64,000 bases of DNA from Eledone cirrhosa (taxonomy: Eukaryota), in the NCBI GenBank assembly GCA_964016885.1, contig OZ024742.1, positions 123,690,001-123,754,000 of the forward strand, read 5' to 3'. The translations under genes were made by a program, and so were the position numbers. Every line of letters starts with the position of its first letter. Positions within the stretch are counted from its first letter, which is position 1. Shown here in pieces: positions 52,087 through 64,000 of the stretch. Under the pieces are notes generated by a model. That model ran no database searches. It saw only the letters and a program-made list of their open reading frames with translations, and was not told the origin of the DNA.

Positions 52087-52560
52087 CAGGGTGGGTGGAA
52101 AGAAACTCCCTATTCAAAATTGTTAATAACATAATTAATTATTTGTCGATTTTCATAAAATTTTTTTTTTATTTTATACAGTAGGATAGTAAAAGTGTAG
52201 TACTGTGTTAGAATTGTACCAGTCATCAACGGGGAATCAGTATTCCAGCAATTGAGGCAGAGATTTTTAGTTTGCGCCATAAGCTTCTTCCCTTGCACAT
52301 GCCCATAGGAAAATCGCATGGCGTTAAATTAGGGTTTCTTGCTGGCCATTTATGAGCTTCTCAACAACCTAACCAACGTCCTGGAAATTGGACATCAAGC
52401 CACTCACGGTAAGTGCGTGCAAAATTAGGATGGACCCCATTCTGCATGAATATGAGCTCATCGATGTTGTTCCAAGTGGTCACAGTTTCATTTGTAATTG
52501 TCAGGAGGGAGTTTCTTTCTACCCACGCTTTATTTATTGCATGCATGTATATGCATTATT
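52087..52560 (-). mobile_element. Tc1/mariner-superfamily (maT/DD37D-like) transposon remnant
   Basis: TA|CAGGGTG terminus. Minus translation FMQNGVHPNFA..REWLDVQFPGRWLG*...WPARNPNLTPCDF matches QDGAP.H...GRWIGR...WPARSPDLTPCDF. Confidence 0.75.
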
Positions 52561-52580
52561 GTTCATCAAGACAGTTTCGC

Positions 52581-52725
52581 AGCTAGGCCGAATAGCTAAG
52601 TAGTTTGCTTGGAAATTAGAAGGTTTTAGGTTTGATCTCACCACATGGCATATTGTACAAATGACTTTTATACTAAAGCCTCTGGTTGTGAATGAATGAA
52701 ATCTGATAGATGGAAACTGCCGGTT
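52581..52725 (+). mobile_element. Diverged tRNA-derived SINE
   Basis: Degenerate tRNA-like head, then TACTAAAGCCTCTGG..TTGTGAATG..GATAGATGGAAACTG. Confidence 0.45.
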
Positions 52726-53489
52726 GGATTGTGTCTGGAATTCAAAAACCTACTCTTGTCACAAACTGCTTCACGCTGTTTCTGCTTGCGGATTAGCTTA
52801 AGGATACCTGTGTCTGTGGAATACGCAGCCACTTACGCATTAATTCCATGAGTTCATTTAATCGAAAAATTGAATATGCATCGCAGAAACTGATGAGGAT
52901 CCACTTTCTGTATAAATAAATATCAGCAGTACTGTATCATATATCTAGAATACATATTTATCTTCTACAACCCAGAATGTCTCTTTCGATATGTAATGTA
53001 TACATAAGTGCATTCGTTTGTATCTGACAACCTGTATGTATACATGTCTGTATGAATGTTCGTAACCATTTTTAACTTACAGATTTTGCATATATGTATA
53101 AATATGTAAATTCTTATTTATATAGACTAAATGCAAGAAATTATAGACGACAAACTCTCTGCTCAGTGCTAATCCGAATGTTGTTCGTTTTGAGCGGCAG
53201 AAAAATACGAAAATCGATACAGATGTATATAGCATGGATAAATACGTTAATTTGCCAACTCCGATCCTACTGAGAGGCTAACTACACTTTATGGAAAAGT
53301 CGAAAACACTACTGCGTGCAGAAGCCACATCTCAGCAGAAATAAAAGAATTATTTTCAATGGCAGAACATACACACAAAGACACAGAAACTGACACACAC
53401 ACACACACACACACAGACACGCACACGCACACGCACACGCACACGCACACACGCACACACACGCCCACACGCACACACACACACGCACA

Positions 53490-53719
<230 letters not shown>

Positions 53720-54140
53720 GTAATGTATTTCGAATTTCATGAATAATTCATACCTCCCACTGAGAATGAAAATAAGTAAAGAATCCAGAGTAGAAGGTGA
53801 AAAAAAAAATAGAAAAATGACAACACTATGAACGTTTTTCAGGTTTATGAATTTACGATAGATTATTTATTCATATATTGATTTTTTTTTAGGTGAAATT
53901 CAGTGGTCATATTTGACATATCGAGCTCCTTCCACTGGCATGTTGCAACGGTATATATGCTGGCCACGTGACCTGTAGTTTTTAACACTTGCATCCATAA
54001 ACTTGTGCTGTCATTTATTTACTTTCAAACAAATACTCTTTTGGGTGCCTTGTCCATATTTCTCAACTGAATCAGAAATCACCTTACAAATGAACAGACA
54101 CATATATTCGCACGCGCACACACACACACACATGCATGCA

Positions 54141-54222
<82 letters not shown>

Positions 54223-54264
54223 CGAAACGTAAGTCAATTGCATGAACTCCTAATCCTTTATTTA

Positions 54265-54318
54265 CTGCTATATATATTTCGATCATAGCCATTGAATGGC
54301 TATGACATCATCAGGCAG
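54265..54318 (-). ncRNA. Type I hammerhead ribozyme-like motif
   Basis: Minus strand: CTGC-CTGATGA-T-GTCATAGCCAT-TCA-ATGGCTATGAT-C-GAAA-TATATATA-GCAG then TAAATAAA. Stem I CTGC/GCAG, 11-bp stem II, palindromic stem III. Confidence 0.6.
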
Positions 54319-54742
54319 TTAGTCAGTTCTTAGATATGCCAGCTCTGTGTTTATGGTGTTGATGGTATCAGAACCTTGGGACATATGAGCTTGTTAGGAA
54401 TAATTTACTGTTGTCAGCAGGAATAGTCTTAATTCTCATTGGTCAGTTTGTAGATGTTAGTAGGGTTGGTTGTTGACCTCAAAGGGGCAGGTGGTGTTGT
54501 AAAGTTCAAACCGTCAGGCAAGATGACAATAGTTCCATATGACTGATTTATATGATAAGCAACAGAAACAAAGAAAAGAGAAATGTTGTTATTAATATAC
54601 GGAGCATCTCAATGAATAAGACAGCTAAACATCTCTAGATCAGAGAAGCATATTAACAGTTTAACGTATGCCAAGTTCTCCTTAGTTTAGCCTTTATTCT
54701 CCCCACTTTCGGAGATTTTGGCGTAACAAACTGTCGTTTCAC

Positions 54743-54773
<31 letters not shown>

Positions 54774-56340
54774 GATATATAAGAACACTGAAGTGAAATT
54801 CATTGCAGTGCGTATTGGCAACATGGCACTCCCAAAGTATAACAATCTCTACCAATATTCTTTGTGAAGAAATAGAATATCGATGACTGTAATTAATTTT
54901 GGCATTTATTCTAGGACAATGCCCCAGGTAAAGTCTTGTATACTGTTTTAGCAAGAACATCACACCTCTTAACACGTAGTACTTTGACGGCATTTGGGCG
55001 ATGCCACTTATCATATGTACAATGACTTCCATAAGAAAATGACATAAACAACATTTTCAACAGTATTTTAGACGATTAATACCTCTGCTATCTCATTTTT
55101 TCATGTTAACTCGGCTTGAGAACTACGTTAAACTACGTTTTCTCGAACACACCAACGCCTAAGCATTAATTTCACGAGCATGAATTTTGATGGTTAGAAA
55201 ACTCAATACTCATTGCTGAGAACAATAAAGGATGCATAACTCATTTATGTTTTACGTTTAACGTACACTTGACACTGGAACAGTGGCATTTGTAGACATA
55301 CATTGTATATGTGTAGTTTTATCTATACAATATAAGTCAACGTTTATCGATGTGTGTATATATATATATTTTAATGATTTTATATTGGCATAATCCTTAA
55401 ATTCATGTTTACATACAGACGCGCACTCACATATGTTTATATTATTTTATTGACCTCTGTGCATGTATAGGAAATTTATACCGATGTGATCTTAAAACAC
55501 ATAACCTAGAAAACACAGAACCAACGCAACCCCTCCTATATGGCGTGCCATGGGCATGTAAACCTGGCTGAGGCCACACTACACCATCTTTGAACACCAC
55601 CCATAGAAAGACATATAGAAGAGAATCCACCCCATTGTTATACTGGAATTCTATTTATTGCCCTCTTAAAAATGAAATGCAAATGTAACTTGAACGGAAT
55701 TTGAAATTAAATCACAGAGATGCGAAAGGAATACCACGAATAATCGCTTTAAAATATTTAATTTTGTCCCGCTATGTTTGAGTCTGAACGGTATATAATA
55801 TTAAAACATTTTCTTTTTCAATGAACACTTGTTTACAGTAGTAACATCGGTGAAATTGCATTTAATCAGCTCCTTCCAGAGATGAAATGGAACTATTGTC
55901 AATGACATAGATTTACAACTTAGAATTTCGGTATCGATTCTTTACGTTATGAATTTGTAGATCCACAACCTGTGAGTAACATAGCGGATGTGCATTTCTC
56001 CCTATTTACTTTATATAACCATAGGTATAATATTAATATCCGGTCTGGTCCCTATAGCTCGTTTCAAAAATAGTATCTCAATATATGTTGTAGTAAATCT
56101 CCCCGTTAACGTTATTTATATGTGAAGCATTCATTGTGTAAAAACATGTTACAATAGAAGGTTAAAATGTGCTGTGTAAATCTTTGCAACTAACTATATA
56201 TTTAATGGGTATAATGTTATTTGGATTTAAGACGTATTCTATAGATTTTTATATATTTCAACCTTTTACAATCCATACCTTATTAAACACGTAGATAATC
56301 CATTATATTTTAGTGATATTTCAAGAGTGAATAATATAAT

Positions 56341-56358
56341 TGTTTCTACTTTTGGCAC
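56341..56358 (-). mobile_element. 18-bp extreme 3' end of SINE family A
   Basis: Reverse complement GTGCCAAAAGTAGAAACA lies between perfect 12-bp repeats GAATAATATAAT (56329-56340, 56359-56370). Confidence 0.75.
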
Positions 56359-57111
56359 GAATAATATAATGTCACTTAAAATAGCAGGCCTTAAAACATT
56401 TATATCTCATTACTGAAAATCAAATACCATTTATTAAAAGAAATCACTGCGAGTAACTGAGGTTAATACAATATACAAGACATCTAGTTTTTAAATTACA
56501 CATAGAATACAATGAATTATAAATATAGTTTTTCATGCTTTAGTGTTCTAATTAAGATACCCGAAGTACAACCTTAAGGTAACCAACTATCCGTGAGATA
56601 ATGATTATTCAAGCAATATTATTTAGGCTCGAAAGGTTAAAAATAATTATTCGTGATATTTCAAAATGAACGTTACCTATATATTTTGTACATATTTATC
56701 TGCGCTGATTATAGAGCTGACACGTTGATATCGTTACACGAAACATAATGTAATACATTATCCCGACCAAAAGATCATTCAGAAGTAGAAAAAGACATTT
56801 TATTTACCTATGTAGAGTATATATGTTCCGTTTATTGTTTGTAATAACTTAGCCACGAATATTATTGAGAAGTCCAAAACATGAAAAAATAGCGCTGGAA
56901 AATCTGTAGCGCAGGTAGATATGATGCTCTCAAAAGACACGTCTATATCCTTATGATAGTTACACTGCTAATAAACCTGTCCACCTAATGGCATTATTTG
57001 CGGGTGTTGTATTATCTTTGAAATATATTTATACATTACTTAAATAATCTTGTTTGTTAAATCCGAGTATTACCTTAAAATGTGACTTGGTTGTCGACCA
57101 TTATTTCTTAT

Positions 57112-57213
57112 CCCGCCGAGGTTGACTTTGCCTTTCATCCTTACGGGGTCGATAAAATAAAGTACCAGTAATGCACTGGGTAAATTGCTGGCCTTGTGCC
57201 TAAAGTAGAAACA
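57112..57213 (+). mobile_element. SINE family A, 5'-truncated
   Basis: TSD ATTATTTCTTAT at 57100-57111 and 57214-57225. Confidence 0.88.
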
Positions 57214-58177
57214 ATTATTTCTTATTTGATATGATTCAGCTGTATATTTCAGAATATCAGTTCAACTTAGCGTATTTCATTTTATCTCGCTATGTTTTAA
57301 TCGTAATTCTTATCGAGAGAGATGTTTCGCTTTATTGGTGGTAGGAGCATTATTATATACCAATAATATATTGGAACCAATTCAAGCTATTGCAAATGGG
57401 AATCTGTTTCCATCTTTGCTGAAATTATTCCACTCCACTTGATATACCAACATCTCATTTCACGCAATTAGATATGCCTCGCCAAAATTAACCCTTGTTC
57501 GAATCGGTGGGGAATGTGCCTGATAAAACGGTATTTCATTGCATCTGGTTAATAATATATTTTATATAAACATTGTAGCGAAATTTGTTTCGTTGTTCTA
57601 ATACCCGACATAAGAGAATTGATAATAGAATATTTAAATAACCACATCATTACTAGATGGCTTCAGGAATGAACTATACTTTTCCTTTCCACCCAATCAC
57701 ACTCACTTTGAAATAGAAATATTTCTTATCAATCTAATGTTTAACAGGCTGGTTGTATCCTTTCCTATTGTCAATGCTTAGAATTATAAGTTTCAATGAG
57801 TTACAGATACCTATGAAGTGTTTGACTACATCGTGTCTCTTGTGTATAACAAATTCCATCGCCAACGATATTGTTGAGCTTGACATCTGCAAATAGGAAA
57901 TTTCAAACTCTGTCGTTGGCCTTTATATTTTTGGTTAGATTCATCTGTCATCCGTGCAACGTTCAATAAACAAATGTTCAAATATGGTGAATTCCAATAT
58001 TTCAAAGTCACTATTCTGCACACTAATAAAACCACGTGCAGTCAAACCCCACAGCAGATGTCACCACATACGTTCGATTGTATTTAAACAAGCAACATAG
58101 ACACATAAACTAGACAAATCGTGTCAAATTTGCGTTACGTAAGACAATCTTTCTATGTACTCATGTGACGTGAACCC

Positions 58178-58420
58178 GCATGGCCTATTGGTTAGGATGA
58201 CGTACTATCGTAATGTGGTCGATTAAACCGCTGCCTTGAATTCTTGAACAAAGCACTTTATTTCACGTTGCTCTAGTACACTCAGCCAAGACTGAGTACC
58301 AACAGTAGATGAGGAGTTAAATCTGCGATAGAACGGCGTCCTGTACATGGAGGCTTTTGTACTATCAATCGCTTAGCGGCAAGAAAACCAGAAATAAGCA
58401 CCAACCTGATGATCCTTCAG
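58178..58420 (+). mobile_element. Diverged tRNA-derived SINE
   Basis: GCATGGCCTATTGGTTAGG...TTCTTGAACAAAGCACTTTATTTCACGTTGCTCTAGTACACTCAGC, like the 33458 copy. Confidence 0.6.
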
Positions 58421-58960
58421 CTAAGAATTTAACTTTACTCGTGAACAGCATAATATTTAAACGTTTAAATGCTTTTACACATTAATGATGCATTATAATG
58501 ATATTAACGTAATTACAGTAGCATGGAATGATCATCATAACAACGTGTTCTATTGAATTATCACTAACAGCATACTAATTCGTATCACAAAGATTTAGGG
58601 TTTTATTTCATCCACACCTTTCACTGTCTCTTTTAAATTAGTTACTCTAAAAGTTGGAAACTGGAAAATATGTATCGTAACCAATGCAGTCAGGTACAGT
58701 CAGGTCTATCAATTATTGGATAATAAAGTAGAGATGGGGATCAGAAGTAGCCAGCTTCAGAACACCATAGAATCATTTTCTATACTTGGACTTGGTTACC
58801 ATCATTACAATACTTACATAGTCAGAACATTTCAACACATGTACGACAAAAGATCGTTGAAATCATAACTATCTTCTTAAAAGGAATATATTGCGAAATT
58901 TTCCAGGAGAAATCAGTCAATAATCTCTCTGATAGGAGAGTATATATATGTGTGTCTGTG

Positions 58961-59001
<41 letters not shown>

Positions 59002-61026
59002 ATGTGTATGTATGTATGTGTGTGTGTGTGTGTGTGTGTTTCTGTACATTAGAGGTTGCAGAAGAAAGCTGTCTGAAACTTTTACTGAAATCAGATGTAG
59101 ATTTGATAGCTTATTAACTATTCCTCTTTACCAAGTGGCTTCTAGGAAAATTATATGTGGTAATTATTCATCTGCCATTAAAATAAACCAAAACTGCATT
59201 TAGCCTTTCTCGGATATCCCAATTATCAGATTTGGTAGGGCATATATAGTTTCCAAAGACAGCTATCCTTCAGCAGTAATTTCTTCATGATATTTTATCA
59301 TTAAGTTACTTAATTCTACATTTTGCCTTATCATTTATAAGGGATAGCAGTGATGTTGACATAAACTTTGGTTATTATTATTTAAAATTACAACGGTCAG
59401 TAATTGCTTTCATGTTTCTGTTCAGTATAAAAACGCTACGCAATGTACCGATTGCGATTCAATTGAACGATTTTTTTTTTTTTTTTTTTTTAGTAATCTG
59501 AATTTATTCGTAAAAAAAGGAATGCTGAAAATGTTTGTATATGACATCTAAAGATATTAGCATGCATTCAAAGTCCTCAATCCATGAGGCTATTCTGCGT
59601 TGTTGCAGAAAATATTTATTTGTGACCAAACAAAATGCTTAGATTATATGAAATTAACCAAATGCCAAATTTCCGTTAGGCATTAATAACGAAATTTTTT
59701 ATAAAGATGTCCTCATTAGAAACATATTTATTCATCTTTACTCCTTCTTCTGGGGTGCGTCATAGTCATCTGTTTAACTGCATACTATATTAAAGTTGAG
59801 TTGGTTTATTTTCTATATAGTAGGCTTGGATTTTATGACAAAATGTTGAATTCTATGTACAGCACCCACCTTTGTATACACCGCATACACGTATGCATAT
59901 TATACTTGTACTCACTACTCATTACTTCAACTTTCATTCTTCCAATATATAATTACTAAGTACTAAATTATTTCCTTCGTGGTGGAATTTACTGAATAAA
60001 TCATTAAGATAAAAGTAAATGAGAAAGTGTTAAACTCCACGAACTGCCCTTGCCCTAGTAGTCACAACACACGACTGTATGTCACACCTTCTGAATTCAA
60101 ATCTGAATAGCTGCATAAAACAGAAATTTTGATTATGGGTTTGGTTGTAACAAGTAAAAGTTGAATAGATAAAAATGCTTGAAAACAATTAAGTTGCAAA
60201 CCAGCTTTAAACAAGTTTTATTCATTTTTTCTGCTTGAAGACGAAACTTAAATCTAGTATACAAAACCACCATTAATATAATGCTATTTACAACCCATCG
60301 ATTGAAGTTCTTTTACAGAGATTCGATCTTTTTTGTTCACATTTCCTTTTATATTTTACTCCCGCTTTCTCTACACCACCCTATTCTTGTGTATCTTCTT
60401 ATTGTTTATCCTTGTAGTCATATCATACATGTTTGTCTCTCTTTTGTCTTATTTCTCTCTCTTTCTACAGGTTTGAACTGGGGTAAGGTTGTTAATTGTA
60501 TGTTGCTTGATAATTGCAACGATTAAAGTTAGATTATAATTGGTATGCTTTCTCCTTATTAGTCGTCAGTTTATAACAAAGAAGTCGCCGAATCTTAGTA
60601 GAACCTTCCTTTTTATAGCTACAAAGGCTCTAATTTTCGTGTATTTTCTCTAAAACATGCTGAATGTTTTCCTCTCTTCAGAAAAGTTATAAAAAGAGCA
60701 CTACAATAGCTGAACTAATACATTTTCTTTACTTTCAAGTTGAGCCGCAATGATACATGAACTAGCGAATAGAATGAGTGGGTGCGTCATTTGAATTAGC
60801 TTCCATATGTTGTTTTTTAATTCATCGTTCATTGTTTTTATTTGCAATACACTTGTACATGCAAACGTCATTTATTTAAATCAATCAAATTAATATAAGC
60901 TAAGGGGTGGTGGCATTTTAATCATTGGCTGCTGAATGACTAACCCCAACAATTATGATTGGATCAGGAAATTCTCTCTGTAACGAAACGAAATACGTTT
61001 TAGTACATAATAGTTATACGTGAATA

Positions 61027-61260
61027 GGCGGTGAATTAGCAGAGCCGTTAGAACGTGAGAATGCTTTGCGACATTCTTTTCGGTTTTCTACGTTTTGAGT
61101 TCAAATCCCACCGAGATCAAGTTTGCAATGCATCTTTTCGAGGTCGATAAATACAGTACCAGTTAAGTACTGGGGTGATTCTTCTATATCTTTTTTTCGC
61201 TCCCCCTACTTCTTTGGGAGAGATCGGTTGTGTTCAGGCCTGAAGAGATGATGATCTTCG
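61027..61260 (+). mobile_element. SINE subfamily with extended tail
   Basis: GGCGGTGAATTAGCAGAGCCGTTAGAACG...GAGTTCAAATCCCACCGAG...GTCGATAAATACAGTACCAG. Confidence 0.7.
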
Positions 61261-61537
61261 CTAGAACTAAAATGCCCAAGAAGCACCTATGACTCCATGA
61301 AGAGTTATGGGTGATAGAATACAATAGTTATACGAGTATATTGAAGGAATTCAAGATAGAGTAGCTTATTTTGTGGTACAAGTGTAGAATACGGGAGGGA
61401 TTGCGATGGTTATAATGGGCAGAACAGTTTGCTATATGCAAGAGAGCGAAACGCTCGCTTATCTGGAATATAACGAAACAAATAATGTGGAAACTATAAT
61501 AATATAATTTATGACCTAGGAAAGCAACAAATTCTGG

Positions 61538-63030
<1,493 letters not shown>

Positions 63031-64000
63031 ACATCCCATCAGGAGAGCGTTATGCATTAGTTATGTTTCAGAAGCTAATGTTTAGTAATATCTTTGTCGT
63101 TAAGTATAGCCTCCCCTTAAACAGTGATATATACTTTATATCTCAAGTTCAAGTACTAAGCACCTGTTCATATTTTTCCATTCAATGTCGATGAAAAAAA
63201 GTAACAGTTTAGTACTTCGTCTATATCTAGTTCTCCCATTCCATCAATCTCTACCCTTCTGTGGTAGCAATCTTCTCTTTTCAGACCTGGGGAGGAGACG
63301 GAGTCTCCAAGCTTGAAATAGTTCTCTAGAATCACCATATGTTAATACGGCGCACCTGTGACTCCATGAGGAATTATGGCAGCATACATATGTAAAGACT
63401 ATCCCTACATCAACCTGGTAGCAAGAAGTAACCGAATATCTCCACAGAGAACTATTTTTCGATGAGATACAACATAGTTTCCGCAATTATGTATAATACA
63501 ATCCACAGGAAAGATTGTTCTGGTGGTTATACCAAAAACATAGCAGTACAATAATGTAGCCGTTACTTTAAAAATAAGGAATGATAGTGTAACAATTCGG
63601 TATAAACAACAATCCAATGTAAAGATTCAGCTGCTAGTCTTCTCTGCGTCCAGTGACAAACATCATGCGCTGTTGCAAAATCAGTTGCACTGCAAATATG
63701 AAGTTATCCTCTACATTGAAGGAAAATGATAACATTTATAATGAGCCCCTGTAAGGGTGTCGGCGTTCGTATGAATACTCTCTCTCTATATATATATATA
63801 TGTATTACTATACATGGATTAGTAGAGGTAGGTGGTGGTCTTTTCCTGAAACAAAAAATACAACCGACTACTATTCTGCAAATTCAATCTATTACTCATA
63901 CTGTGAAGATTTTTCATTTGAATCTCCTTGAATGAAGATACGCATGTATGTGCCTAATGAATCACACACACGCACACTCACGTGCACACAATCACACACA

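Noticed and set aside
63244-63720. Short ORFs in unique sequence near the window end
   Set aside because: No consistent frame, splice pair or domain recognised.

Overview
AT-rich eukaryotic (animal) genomic DNA full of microsatellites and SINEs. The SINE and Helitron repertoire looks like a cephalopod such as Octopus (inference). Most ORFs in the supplied track are microsatellite or antisense artefacts. Two transposon clusters dominate. (1) 14337-25106: three head-to-tail copies of an L1/Tx1-clade non-LTR retrotransposon, each bounded by (TATC)n. (2) 42446-49119: a Buster/Charlie-type hAT transposon (14-bp TIRs, 8-bp TSD ATTTATAC). Its transposase is split by a complete 4.4-kb minus-strand LTR retrotransposon (43428-47807, TSD GACGC). 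That LTR element is the most unusual object here. Its primer-binding site is not the usual TGG match to a tRNA 3' end but an exact complement of nucleotides 1-12 of tRNA-Phe. It also has an intact -1 frameshift signal between gag and pol, and its RT/RNase H motifs look DIRS-like although the integrase is DDE-type. Also present: several Penelope-type minimal hammerhead ribozyme motifs among (TA)n runs, a Penelope GIY-YIG remnant, two non-autonomous Helitrons, RTE and Tc1/mariner remnants, an ATTA-targeting SINE family, and one isolated candidate host exon encoding a signal peptide (32883-33068, minus strand).
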